64,000 nt of DNA from Bermanella sp. (GTDB taxonomy: Bacteria; Pseudomonadota; Gammaproteobacteria; Pseudomonadales; Oceanobacteraceae): assembly GCA_029938135.1 (NCBI GenBank), contig JAPYOO010000001.1:1638-65637 (forward strand), written 5' to 3'. The notes below the pieces were generated by a model. It saw nothing but the letters and a program-made list of their open reading frames with translations. It had not been told where the DNA came from and ran no database searches. Shown one piece after another: positions 7,901 to 17,259 of the stretch. The position numbers and the translations under genes were made by a program. Within the stretch, counting starts at the first letter, position 1; every line of letters begins with the position of its first letter.

Positions 7901-9795
7901 TAGATGAACAACTACGAGCCATAGACCCAACCATTCCAGTTGCACATAGAAGCGTTGACGAAGTACTCGCGCGCATACTTAAAGGTTTTGTCACCCCTGA
8001 AAAAGCCCAGGCTGCAGAATTGGACAATATCATTGAAGATAAAATCTTCAAAAAGGTAGAAAAAGTTCTTATTCACGCCCGAGGCTGTACAGCCGAAAAG
8101 CTTGTGCGCAAAGCAAAAGAAAATAACATTAAGGTGGTACTGGTACAGTCCGACCCTGATATGAACAGCACCGCTGCCGATTTATTAGACGATAACGACA
8201 GCCTAGTATGCATTGGCGGCAATACGCCGGATGAAAGTTACCTGAACGCTCAAAGTGTTATTAGAATTGCTGAACTGGAGAAAGTAGATTCCCTTCACCC
8301 AGGCATTGGGTTCCTATCAGAAAGCTCACAATTTGCGGCTTATTGTGCCAACCATAACATTAACTTTATTGGACCAAAGGTTTCCTCTATGGAAACTATG
8401 GGCAATAAGTCCAATGCTATTAATACCGCAATAAGTGCCGATGTACCGGTTGTTCCAGGCTCTTTGGGCACACTTACCACGTCAGCAATGGCTGCTAAGG
8501 TGGCAGATGAAATTGGCTACCCTATTATACTAAAGGCCGTTCACGGTGGTGGTGGTAAAGGCATACAGGTGGTTGAAGATCCTGCTGATATTCATGAGTT
8601 ATTCCACTTAATCTCGACTGAAGCGCGCAGTGCTTTTGGCAGCGGCGATATTTATCTTGAAAAGTTTGTTACTTCATTACGTCACATTGAAGTTCAAATT
8701 TTAAGAGATAACCATGGTAATACTCGAATCCTAGGGTTAAGAGATTGCTCAGTACAAAGAAATAATCAAAAGATTATCGAAGAGTCCGCGTCTTGCGCAC
8801 TGCCTAAGCACTTAGAAGAAAAAGTGTATGCTTTTGCGGAAAGACTTGCTGATGAAGTAGATTACAATGGCGCAGGTACTGTTGAATTCATTTACAACCT
8901 AGATGTAAATGACGTGTATTTCATGGAAATGAACACACGCTTGCAAGTAGAACACCCAGTGACTGAATTTGTAACCGGTATCGATATCGTTAGTGAGCAA
9001 TTCAATATCGCCAGCGGCGGCTCTATTAGCGACATGAAGGTCAAACAAAAAGGGTATGCAATTGAAGTTCGAATTAACGCTGAAAAAGGTGTTATTCAGG
9101 GTAATGATATTAATTTCTTACCGAATGCGGGCAAAATTACTAAGTGCGTATTACCAAAAGACAAGAATATTCAATTAATTAAATCCATTGATAGCGATAA
9201 AGAAGTGACACCTTTCTATGACAGCATGGTGGTACAGATCATTTGTAACGGCAAAGATCGAAACGACACTATCACCAAAATGCTTAAATACCTGGATAAA
9301 GTCGTTATTGAAGGTGTCAGCACTAACATCCCACTACTTAAAGGCGTCCTTAAAGATGAGACGTTCATTAATGGCGTGTACGATACTAATTACCTGCCCA
9401 ACTACCTAAAACGTATTGATCAGGCTCAATTAGTTAAAGATATGGAAATTAATGCCGGTTTAAGCAATCAAAATGTAACCCGCGAATCATTGGCCATTGA
9501 AGGATCGAGTGAACTAAAAGTATTGGCGCCGGCCAGTTCGATTTTTTACAGCTCATCATCACCAAGCGAACCTTCGTATGTAAAAGAGGGTGACATTGTC
9601 TCGATTGATCAGACTTTATGCCTAATGGAAGCCATGAAGATGTTTAGCCCCTTAAGCCTTAAATCATTTAATGCTCAGGGCAACACACTTTACGATGCTG
9701 AAGTACAATATCAAATTGTGCGCATCCATAACGCAGAGGGACAGCAAGTAAATCACGGTGACTTATTATTCGTAATTAAGCCTGTAATGCACTAA
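4933..9795 (+). CDS. Single-chain multidomain acetyl/acyl-CoA carboxylase (CT-alpha, linker, CT-beta, biotin carboxylase, BCCP)
   Basis: AccA-like LIDTPGA / GYSGGA / IQPQG. AccD-like SSGGMQTKEG / TGGAQASF / FAG. AccC-like HPGIGFLSES, GGGGKG, RDCSVQRNNQK, EMNTRLQVEHPVTE. BCCP EAMKM with biotin Lys1569 at nt 9637-9639. Confidence 0.9.
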   Translation: MSQFDTDQLFQIAEKLSQDFSLFPEQEDSSSSPHIQGLLNPEQVQNKLDTLQQLNIDDYIAEVVAPSESKQRMNAKQLVHKLTNRFISEQEFGPLYVAEVELSFNNQFRRIGFIGQNRSEQNGAWLPEHHTQAVAAMRGFAKHATPIVTLIDTPGANASEQANKENQAHSISRLISEMTNCDIPTVGIILGAGYSGGAIPLASTNILLSLRDGIFNTIQPQGLASIARKYNLSWQECCKYVGVSAYELLPKNVIDGIVDFAPSDRIDKLQNLLNAITSSILSIEKGAENFARENPYLMDHYQRSVERYLNPSDKLAAMEKGSKLMLASSPTEHHNLFGMTYRYMRYLTLRKRISSTTIGHYSRLAEVEVPSGKLIERQAEEKRKKFQKWLQAPDKIRYDDELNKLWKNYCQKNEERGETRGSISSLFFGEPEDNYQKSKQDFSFYLGLYLFNRWKSDADVNFAELINYLQNEQQNRYLLVQDDLVDSQSILNFIKKKDHKLASFIFSKLDYDTQALLAEYQVDPSKALLTGLTESLNNIIDGEIVPEDVSSSISLNTHTQQLLNSVASGSNEVNRRILEDALAPYLRVKNNNESTKQTDATVLDAILTDDLRSDFISISQNLIMFGKLYDFVINNLVKIAKEAKETHNLSFQAVNDLISQGLEHTNQLSIAQDHKEEFANWFKYFIASSQRGEFLIQVEEWKKNSFPRISDTLFVIITFFFEKLLPEYYQSNEGQNYNGRINPYSIGRKKDFWNRLTIAYFDLLIQDVIDGVKRKKATKARAFVDRFFNDFEEINDHLMTSDPVQFPGFRASIEKALSNDITPCGVITGFATIKVGNESRRIGTLISNLDFQAGAFDMASAEKFCKLMVECARHNYPIVCFVSSGGMQTKEGASALFSMSVVNDRITRFVRDNDLPVVVFGYGDCTGGAQASFVTHPLVQSFYFSGTNMPFAGQIVVPSYLPSTATLSNYLSTNDGSMVDLVKHPFVEDLDEQLRAIDPTIPVAHRSVDEVLARILKGFVTPEKAQAAELDNIIEDKIFKKVEKVLIHARGCTAEKLVRKAKENNIKVVLVQSDPDMNSTAADLLDDNDSLVCIGGNTPDESYLNAQSVIRIAELEKVDSLHPGIGFLSESSQFAAYCANHNINFIGPKVSSMETMGNKSNAINTAISADVPVVPGSLGTLTTSAMAAKVADEIGYPIILKAVHGGGGKGIQVVEDPADIHELFHLISTEARSAFGSGDIYLEKFVTSLRHIEVQILRDNHGNTRILGLRDCSVQRNNQKIIEESASCALPKHLEEKVYAFAERLADEVDYNGAGTVEFIYNLDVNDVYFMEMNTRLQVEHPVTEFVTGIDIVSEQFNIASGGSISDMKVKQKGYAIEVRINAEKGVIQGNDINFLPNAGKITKCVLPKDKNIQLIKSIDSDKEVTPFYDSMVVQIICNGKDRNDTITKMLKYLDKVVIEGVSTNIPLLKGVLKDETFINGVYDTNYLPNYLKRIDQAQLVKDMEINAGLSNQNVTRESLAIEGSSELKVLAPASSIFYSSSSPSEPSYVKEGDIVSIDQTLCLMEAMKMFSPLSLKSFNAQGNTLYDAEVQYQIVRIHNAEGQQVNHGDLLFVIKPVMH

Positions 9796-9801
9796 TCCCC
9801 C

Positions 9802-9830
9802 TACCCCTTTAACCACTGGTTAAAGGGGTA
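9802..9830 (+). terminator. Stem-loop downstream of the carboxylase
   Basis: TACCCCTTTAACCA-C-TGGTTAAAGGGGTA perfect inverted repeat 7 nt after the stop. Weak U-tract. Confidence 0.6.
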
Positions 9831-9922
9831 TATCCCCCTCCCCTGTTAAACCTCTTGCAACACACCACTTAATATAGAACTGTTTGAGCAATTCTGTGTC
9901 CAACTATTATAAAAAGCTAAAC

Positions 9923-9942
9923 TGTTTTACACATGTAAAACA
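9923..9942. promoter_or_regulatory. Palindromic operator-like site upstream of prc
   Basis: TGTTTTACA-CA-TGTAAAACA, perfect 9-bp arms. Confidence 0.4.
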
Positions 9943-10079
9943 ACTAAGCATAAGCTATTATGCTGCTTATTTTAGAAACATTGGGCCAAAGTATTTAATT
10001 GCACAAATTAAGTGCTATAAATACTCATAGAACTGTGTTTTTTTAATATAGCCACCATTCAAAAAGGGATCCACGTTAT

Positions 10080-12149
10080 ATGTTGCGCCACCTATTACTA
10101 TTTAGTGCCATTGCCTGTTATTCATTTGCATCTTTTGCCAGCATTGACCCTGTAAAAACACTCGAACCGGCCTCTGAACATGCATTAACCAACCGCGCGG
10201 TCGTGCATCATTTATATCAACACCATTATTCTAGAAAATATTTAAACGATGAGTTCTCTGAAAAAGTATACAAACGTTACTTGGATATTTTGGACAATAC
10301 CCGTTCATATTTCACCGCGTCTGATATCAAAGAGTTTGAGGCAACCCGCCTCACATTAGATGATGCTATTAAGACGAATGACTTAGACCCTGCATTCCTT
10401 ATCTACAACCGCTATCGTCAACGCGCCATTGAGCGCCTAGACTATGCTTTAGCGTTAATTGATCAGGGAATTGTAAATTTTGACTTCACTAAAAATGAAA
10501 GTTTAGATTTAGACCGCGAGAAAGCATCTTGGGCCAAAAGCAGCTCAGACCTTGACCAGTTATGGCGTAAACGCATCAAAAATACGGTCTTAAACTTAAA
10601 ACTTGCCGGTAAAAAAGATCCAGCTATCAAAGAGCTGCTAACTAAACGTTACGACAGCCAGTTAAATCGAATTAAGCAAATCAATTCCGAAGATGCATTT
10701 CAGTCCTACATGAATGCCATCACATATACATTCGACCCTCACACCCAATACATGTCTCCAAGAAACAGTGAAAACTTTAATATAAATATGAGCCTATCGT
10801 TACAAGGTATCGGTGCCGTATTACGTAGTGAGAATGAAAATACCATCGTAGAGCGATTAGTTAGCGGCGGACCGGCTAACAAAGCGGGTCAACTAAAACC
10901 AAGTGATAACATCGTAGGCGTTGCCCAAGACCAAAAAGAGATGGTTGATGTGATAGGTTGGCGCCTAGATGAAGTGGTGGATTTAATTCGCGGCCCTAAA
11001 GACAGTACTGTTCGATTAAGCATTGTTTCAGGCAGCGGCCAAACGGAAACCCATAAAATTATTTCCATTGTACGTGACGAAGTAAAACTTGAAGACAGAG
11101 CCGCTCAAAGTGAAATATTAGACATCAAACGCGACGATCGATCCTATAAAGTGGGTGTGATTGATATACCGGCTTTTTATGCTGACTTTGAAGCTAAAAA
11201 TGCTAACGACCCCAACTACCGCAGTACTACTCGCGATGTCAGTAAATTAATTAAAGGGCTTCAAAAAGACAACATCGACGGCTTAATAATTGACCTTAGA
11301 AATAATGGCGGTGGCTCTTTAGCTGAGGTAAATAACCTAGTAGGTTTATTCATCCCTCAAGGCCCCACAGTACAAGTCCACTACAGCTTTGGGCATACAC
11401 AAGTTTTAGCAGATAAAGACCCTGCACAGCTCTTCAAGGGCCCGCTTGTAGTCTTAACCAATCGCTTAAGTGCCAGTGCTTCTGAAATATTTGCTGGTGC
11501 CATTCAAGATTATGGCCGCGGTTTAGTGGTCGGCAGTCAAACTTTTGGAAAAGGCACAGTACAAACGCTTATCCCGTTATTTCGTGGGCAATTGAAGGTT
11601 ACTAACGCTAAGTTCTACCGTATTTCAGGAGAAAGCACACAGCATAGGGGCGTTATTCCAGACATCCTTTACCCTGAGATATACGACACTGATAAGATTG
11701 GCGAGAGTGCTTTAGAAGAGGCACTACCATGGGACAAAATTGAACCATCTAAATATAAGTCAGAAACGGGTATCGCGAAGATATTGCCCGCCGTACTGAA
11801 GCAACATAATAAACGTATTGATAACGACCCCGATTTTGCCTATTTAAATGAGCAAGTCGTTTTCCTAAAAGAATTAAGAGGCGACACCACTATTTCGTTA
11901 AACAGTAAAACCCGTGAAACAGAACGTAAAGCAATGGAGAGCCGCCGACTTGGATTGGAAAACAAACGTCGTATTGCTAAGGGTTTAAAGCCATTAAAAG
12001 AGCTGACAGACGACAGCGATGATGAATCAGGCGATAAAGAAGACAAAGAAAAAGATAGTTCTCAGGATGCATTACTGCACGAGGGCGGTGAAATACTTGT
12101 AGACTTTATGCTTTCTGAGCCAAGCTCATCAATCGTAAAACTTAAATAA
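10080..12149 (+). CDS. prc: Tail-specific (C-terminal processing) protease, S41 family
   Basis: Signal peptide, DPHTQYMSP, PDZ LQGIGAVL, IDLRNNGGGSL, SASASEIFAG (catalytic Ser), FGKGTVQ (catalytic Lys). Confidence 0.93.
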   Translation: MLRHLLLFSAIACYSFASFASIDPVKTLEPASEHALTNRAVVHHLYQHHYSRKYLNDEFSEKVYKRYLDILDNTRSYFTASDIKEFEATRLTLDDAIKTNDLDPAFLIYNRYRQRAIERLDYALALIDQGIVNFDFTKNESLDLDREKASWAKSSSDLDQLWRKRIKNTVLNLKLAGKKDPAIKELLTKRYDSQLNRIKQINSEDAFQSYMNAITYTFDPHTQYMSPRNSENFNINMSLSLQGIGAVLRSENENTIVERLVSGGPANKAGQLKPSDNIVGVAQDQKEMVDVIGWRLDEVVDLIRGPKDSTVRLSIVSGSGQTETHKIISIVRDEVKLEDRAAQSEILDIKRDDRSYKVGVIDIPAFYADFEAKNANDPNYRSTTRDVSKLIKGLQKDNIDGLIIDLRNNGGGSLAEVNNLVGLFIPQGPTVQVHYSFGHTQVLADKDPAQLFKGPLVVLTNRLSASASEIFAGAIQDYGRGLVVGSQTFGKGTVQTLIPLFRGQLKVTNAKFYRISGESTQHRGVIPDILYPEIYDTDKIGESALEEALPWDKIEPSKYKSETGIAKILPAVLKQHNKRIDNDPDFAYLNEQVVFLKELRGDTTISLNSKTRETERKAMESRRLGLENKRRIAKGLKPLKELTDDSDDESGDKEDKEKDSSQDALLHEGGEILVDFMLSEPSSSIVKLK

Positions 12150-12152
12150 AGT

Positions 12153-12185
12153 AAGATCCCCGTGCCTTTTAGCGCGGGGAATCTT
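12153..12185. terminator. Hairpin between convergent prc and DUF599
   Basis: AAGATCCCCGTGC-CTTTTA-GCGCGGGGAATCTT. Confidence 0.55.
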
Positions 12186-12206
12186 CATTAACACCCTTCC
12201 CTTCTT

Positions 12207-12914
12207 CTAAGCCTTACCTTTAATAATGTCTGCATCCATTACCATCAAGGCTAATGATTTAGACATAAATTCCCTATGATATAAAACAGCCACCACTAAA
12301 CTCGTCGCCAATATAAACAGTAATGGATGAGCAAACCAAGCTATAACCGCCATGGAGAAATAATAAGCCCTTAAACCATAATTGAAACTGTGCCCTGCTT
12401 GATCCAATACCTTCGCTGTAGATTTAGCATATTCTTTACGCTGACTTAAATTGAACTCCTCCTGACTAGGCAAAGGTGCCGCCCCTAGCAGTACACTGGC
12501 AAAACCATACTGTCTTAACGACCACGTAAAAGTAAAAAATGCATAAGCCATTATTGCCACCATGACAATAAGCTTAATATGACCAAAGTCTTGTTCGATT
12601 GATTGGGATAAGAAAGCCAATTCAAAGTCGCGGGTCAATACTGTTAAAATTGCGGCGATAATAATCATAGTAGTGGAGGCGAAAAAGTTTACATTTCTTT
12701 CTATATTTGAAAGTAACGCTGCATCTGCAACACGATTATCGCGCACCATCATGCGATCCATCCACCACACTCTATGCACACACATTATTGAGGCTAAACA
12801 ATGCGTTCGTTTAGCCATATATTTTGCAAAGACTGTATAGGAAAACCAGGCTAGCAAAAAGAATATTATCGCTGCGTGATTCCAAGCAGGATGACTCAGT
12901 ATACTTTGATCCAT
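12207..12914 (-). CDS. DUF599 domain membrane protein
   Basis: WMxxMxxRDNRVADAALL...FFASTTMIIIA...FTFTWSLRQY...FNYGLRAYYF. Confidence 0.85.
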   Translation of the reverse strand: MDQSILSHPAWNHAAIIFFLLAWFSYTVFAKYMAKRTHCLASIMCVHRVWWMDRMMVRDNRVADAALLSNIERNVNFFASTTMIIIAAILTVLTRDFELAFLSQSIEQDFGHIKLIVMVAIMAYAFFTFTWSLRQYGFASVLLGAAPLPSQEEFNLSQRKEYAKSTAKVLDQAGHSFNYGLRAYYFSMAVIAWFAHPLLFILATSLVVAVLYHREFMSKSLALMVMDADIIKGKA

Positions 12915-12922
12915 TAGAGACC

Positions 12923-13480
12923 TTATTTCAGAAAGTTAATTACATCACGGTCGTTCATGGCTTTATTTATGATTTCAGATAACAACCCATTCATGTATTT
13001 TTCATTAAACTTTTCACTGGGTGCAATTGCTACATCCTGAGAGCGATTAGCTGAAAACCGCTTTTTAAAACTTGACCCACCGCGACTCACTAGCATGGAA
13101 ATTTCCGCTTCTAACTTTACACGACTCACCCAACTTTCATCCGGAGTAGAATAATGCAATTTATCTATTTTCAATGTAAGTTTAGTAAAGGGCTCGCTCC
13201 CCTTTTGCATCTTCACACCCTGAGCTAACATCGCTTTTTGAATGGATTCACCTAGGGACTGAACTAAAGGTAATTTAAAGGCAATCTCGCCTTCTTTTTT
13301 TGCATTTCTATAACCCAATAACGCAGTGTTTTTACGATTATCAGTAATTAATAATTCGATAGGTGTGACCAAACCGCTTAACTGTGTAAAGGACAGTGAC
13401 GGTAGTACCTGCACTTTTTGTGGTGCCAAAGTACAAGCAGTCAAACAGGTCAATAACACGATATAAAAAACATTTCTCAT
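12923..13480 (-). CDS. yajG: YajG family lipoprotein
   Basis: Lipobox LTAC, D.R....LG.R motif, typical size. ATG overlaps the upstream TAA (TAATG). Confidence 0.75.
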   Translation of the reverse strand: MRNVFYIVLLTCLTACTLAPQKVQVLPSLSFTQLSGLVTPIELLITDNRKNTALLGYRNAKKEGEIAFKLPLVQSLGESIQKAMLAQGVKMQKGSEPFTKLTLKIDKLHYSTPDESWVSRVKLEAEISMLVSRGGSSFKKRFSANRSQDVAIAPSEKFNEKYMNGLLSEIINKAMNDRDVINFLK

Positions 13481-16233
13481 TAAAAAGCTCCTCCAAGTTG
13501 AACATATACAGTATTAGAGCCTAGGGAATTAATGCCTTTTGCCATTCCTAAACGAAACCGTAAATTAAAATTATAAACCAAAGTTGTATCTAGAACCGCT
13601 TCGGCACCTAAGGAAGAATATACACCTCCCATATTTTCACCCTCATTCCACACCATGGCATTATCACTAAATGCTCGCAGTGACCAGCCACTGAATCCCA
13701 CTGGCGGAGACATTAGATTTTCATCGACCCAAGTGAACGGTAAGCGATACTCTATATTATATATAAGGGTATTCTCACCCACTAATTGCCCAATGTTTTC
13801 ATCGAAACCTCGCAAAGCATATTCTCGTTGTTTGAGTTGAATTCCCGGGCCAATATAAACATCACTACGTTCACCTCCCAATCTAAAGGGAGAGTTACTT
13901 GAAAACCCAACACCCACAAACAACCGCTGAGCAAGCGTATGACCTAAATCATTGGTTTGATAATAGCGGGTATTAACACTTAAAACTTGACCCGTGAATA
14001 AAGAGTTACCTACTTTCTCAGCGCTCTCTAAGGACATGTTCAATTGCCAGCCATCACTGGATCCGCCCGCATTTAAAGCGGATGTTAGTCCATCATAGAT
14101 AACACCTATGGCTAACCAATTATCGTCTACTTCACCTCCTATTTTAGAGTGACTTTTATCTATCAAAAATTCTGAATGACTATTGATAAGTGCAACATAT
14201 GGGAAAACACTATTGGCAATACTTAAACTAGGCTGCATATAAGCGGTGAACCACTGGGAATTATATTCACTTACGCCTTCAACTCCAGAGGATCCTAAAC
14301 TTTGCTGAAGCCCTAAAATCCAACGCCCATTATAAGTATAGTTAAATTTAACCAGCCCTTTTTCATGTTGTTTTTCATACGTTAACTGAGCCAAATATTG
14401 ATGATTATTCAAAGCATCCTGCCCACTGGTGAAGAAACCAACCTCCGTCAAATTATCCTGAGCAAGATAAACCGGGAACCAATACTTGGGCAACAAACTT
14501 GGTAACGGATTGTAATGTGCATCATCCACTAAAGATAAGTCCACCAATGGAATTGGCTGGGACGGCTCTAAATTTGTTGCATACAGATCGGGATAAGACT
14601 TCAATTCAACCGAGGCCACCTTATAACCCGCTGTTTCATATGACAAGGTCAATGCATTTTCAGCTGAGGTGGGAACCAATTGCTTGAAGCCCCCCACACT
14701 ATGACTTAACCGCGCTTTATCACTGCCATCCAAATTAATGCTATATATTTCCGATTGGCCCAACTGGCTTTGAATAAAATAAACTTTATTCGAAAACAGT
14801 ACCGGCTGAGATTTTAGTTCACTATCCGTGGTGATTGCTTGCCACTTGCCCTCCGTCCATAGATACAGCTCCCAGGGCTTAGATGAAAACTTAATACTTG
14901 CTACGATATCCCCAGACTCATTCACATCAAAAGAGGATACAACGTCAGCCATGTCCCCGCGCCAAATACCTTCGACCACTTGGCCTTTTGAATTTAAGCG
15001 TTCCAGCACTGCTATGCCATGCTCGTATCGTAACGCCACAATTCGCTGTGAGGATTGCCACTTAGCCAGCCGGTAGCGGGAACAATGAGTTAAACGTATT
15101 AAAGAGCCCTTCTGCAAAACATATAGATCGTAATACAACGCATGCTGTCCACAGTTTTCTAATTGACTCACTAATACCTGCCCGTTTTTATTTACATCCA
15201 CACTCGCCAGTGAATTAAGCGGCACCACAGACACCTCTATGCCTTTATCATAGTGGTATAAATTAGCGCCTTTATTACCGTCTATTGCTGCATACCAGAA
15301 ATCTTGTTTGTTACCTTTAGCAATAAACCCATAATCTAGGTGGCTATTTGATATTGATTTAACATTACTTGTCTGCAGCGTCGCTATACGATGCAGTTGA
15401 GGTGAAAACTTTCCATTTAAGTAATTTTGAAAATCTGGCCACAGTTGCTCAAGACTTTTTCCGGTAATCAAAACTGGATTGGAATTAACCTGGTAAGGCA
15501 GTAAATTATCACTGTAATTATTAATGAGTTGATTAATGGCTTTTTTACCATAAACATCCTCGATAAATCGGAAAAAATAAACACCGTATAAATAGGCTGT
15601 ATTAAATGGCCAGTCATGAGGATTAACGGTATTAATTCTAGAGATTGGTTTAATACCAGAAAGCACTTCTTGGCGCATAATCATCTGAAATACATCAGAC
15701 TGCCCTCGCCCAACACCCTTGGCATCATTGGTTTCCATATAGGTAGCAAGCCCTTCTTGAAACCAATTAGGATGTAAAGCGTTAGGAAACAGCAATAGGT
15801 ATCGCCCCAAAATTGAACGTAGCATTAAAGGTAAATCCAATGCCTTATCGGTATGCAGTATATGGGTGTATTCATGATGAATGAGCATTTTCAGCCAATC
15901 ATCGAAAACCAAAAGTTCACCTTGAGTGGGTGGCTGCATGAACAGCGTCATGGCGTTATTAGGAATGGGGCTAGCGAACCCATTGGCCTGATCAAATTCA
16001 TCTAATAAAATAACATGGGTTTTATTGGCTGGACGCCAATTAAAATATTCAGATAAATTTTGGTGACTTTGTTCTGCCAGATAATCCACCTTACCCACAT
16101 AGCTTTTAAGGCTTGTAGGATAGTGAATTAAAAAGTGCTCACCCACATGTGTTTTCCAGTTAAGACTAGGGTCGGCGCCATGACTACTGGCCACCCCTAA
16201 TAAGAAAAAACACAGCAATATTCGATTAAACAT
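13480..16233 (-). CDS. Outer-membrane fusion: gluzincin-type metallopeptidase domain + TolB/WD40-like beta-propeller + Omp85/BamA-type barrel
   Basis: Signal peptide from ATG 16233 (16242 also possible; track start 16308 lies inside yaaA). HEYTH plus downstream WFQEGLATY. Short repeated beta-strand segments. Alternating aromatic/hydrophobic C-terminal strands ending VYVQLGGAF (terminal Phe). Confidence 0.75.
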   Translation of the reverse strand: MFNRILLCFFLLGVASSHGADPSLNWKTHVGEHFLIHYPTSLKSYVGKVDYLAEQSHQNLSEYFNWRPANKTHVILLDEFDQANGFASPIPNNAMTLFMQPPTQGELLVFDDWLKMLIHHEYTHILHTDKALDLPLMLRSILGRYLLLFPNALHPNWFQEGLATYMETNDAKGVGRGQSDVFQMIMRQEVLSGIKPISRINTVNPHDWPFNTAYLYGVYFFRFIEDVYGKKAINQLINNYSDNLLPYQVNSNPVLITGKSLEQLWPDFQNYLNGKFSPQLHRIATLQTSNVKSISNSHLDYGFIAKGNKQDFWYAAIDGNKGANLYHYDKGIEVSVVPLNSLASVDVNKNGQVLVSQLENCGQHALYYDLYVLQKGSLIRLTHCSRYRLAKWQSSQRIVALRYEHGIAVLERLNSKGQVVEGIWRGDMADVVSSFDVNESGDIVASIKFSSKPWELYLWTEGKWQAITTDSELKSQPVLFSNKVYFIQSQLGQSEIYSINLDGSDKARLSHSVGGFKQLVPTSAENALTLSYETAGYKVASVELKSYPDLYATNLEPSQPIPLVDLSLVDDAHYNPLPSLLPKYWFPVYLAQDNLTEVGFFTSGQDALNNHQYLAQLTYEKQHEKGLVKFNYTYNGRWILGLQQSLGSSGVEGVSEYNSQWFTAYMQPSLSIANSVFPYVALINSHSEFLIDKSHSKIGGEVDDNWLAIGVIYDGLTSALNAGGSSDGWQLNMSLESAEKVGNSLFTGQVLSVNTRYYQTNDLGHTLAQRLFVGVGFSSNSPFRLGGERSDVYIGPGIQLKQREYALRGFDENIGQLVGENTLIYNIEYRLPFTWVDENLMSPPVGFSGWSLRAFSDNAMVWNEGENMGGVYSSLGAEAVLDTTLVYNFNLRFRLGMAKGINSLGSNTVYVQLGGAF

Positions 16234-16999
16234 TAGACTCATCACGAATAAACACCCATTCCTTAGATTTTGAAAGTTCCTCGCTGAATGAATATCCGGC
16301 AACATCAAACTTTTTAATGTCTTCCACTTTCTTAATACGATTTCTTATCACGTAGGCGGCCATCATGCCCCTGGCCTTTTTCGCATAAAAGCTAATTATT
16401 TTGTATTGACCATTTTTTTGATCTTTAAAAACAGGCGTAATTATTTGTGCTTTCAGTATTTTCTTATTTACAGCTTTAAAATACTCATTGGACGCTAAGT
16501 TTAACAGCACATCCTTATCATTAAGCTGCTGATTGAGTTTATCGGTAATAATATCACCCCAAAACTCGTATAAATTTTTACCCCTTAAATTCGGATATTT
16601 TGTGCCCATTTCTAATCGATAAGCCTGCATTAAGTCCAAAGGCTTTAACAAACCATATAACCCCGAAAGCATTCGCAAGTGTTGTTGTGCAAATTTCATA
16701 TCACTTTTGCTCAATGCATAGGCATCTAAACCGGTATAAACATCCCCTTTAAATGCGTAAATGGCCGGCCTCGCATTATCAAGTGTGAAAGGTTGCTGCC
16801 AATGCTGAAAACGAGTGGTATTTAAATGGGCGAGTTTGTCACTTAAACCCATCAAATTAGCGACCTCTTTTGGCGCAAGCTCTTTTATTTGATCAATAAG
16901 CTCTTGGGCATCGACTAAAAAGTCTGGCTGGGAAAAATCATCCGTAGGTAAAGCACTTTCATAGTCTAAGGTTTTTGCAGGGGACACCAACATCAACAT
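16226..16999 (-). CDS. yaaA: Peroxide stress protein YaaA
   Basis: [55 protein letters not shown]. Confidence 0.95.
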   Translation of the reverse strand: MLMLVSPAKTLDYESALPTDDFSQPDFLVDAQELIDQIKELAPKEVANLMGLSDKLAHLNTTRFQHWQQPFTLDNARPAIYAFKGDVYTGLDAYALSKSDMKFAQQHLRMLSGLYGLLKPLDLMQAYRLEMGTKYPNLRGKNLYEFWGDIITDKLNQQLNDKDVLLNLASNEYFKAVNKKILKAQIITPVFKDQKNGQYKIISFYAKKARGMMAAYVIRNRIKKVEDIKKFDVAGYSFSEELSKSKEWVFIRDESNV

Positions 17000-17259
17000 G
17001 ATTTAATTCCTGGGCAATTCAAACTAACAGCGTGGAGAGCTAGTAAGGTTAAGTATTTTTAGGTCCATATTGTAACGACTCACGCACGTCGACTAAAGCG
17101 TTAGAGCAAAATAATTGCCATCAGCAACTGCTTTACCCGCATAGCCATGAGTAATATTTAATCACTTATTAGCGATCAAATATTACAGCGGTAACATATT
17201 TGTAAAACCAACAAAAATACCACACTGTATTAACTAGAACCCTGTTAAAGGATGTTGTC

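Noticed and set aside
12000-12070. Acidic/Lys low-complexity tract near the Prc C-terminus (DDSDDESGDKEDKEKDSS)
   Set aside because: A variable linker is typical at this position in tail-specific proteases.
16234-16308. Upstream extension of the Omp85 fusion, and similar long starts for fabY, nqrM, nqrC, gap, yigZ and the PA3009-like gene
   Set aside because: The extensions overlap neighbouring genes or precede the signal peptide or RBS. Downstream starts fit better.
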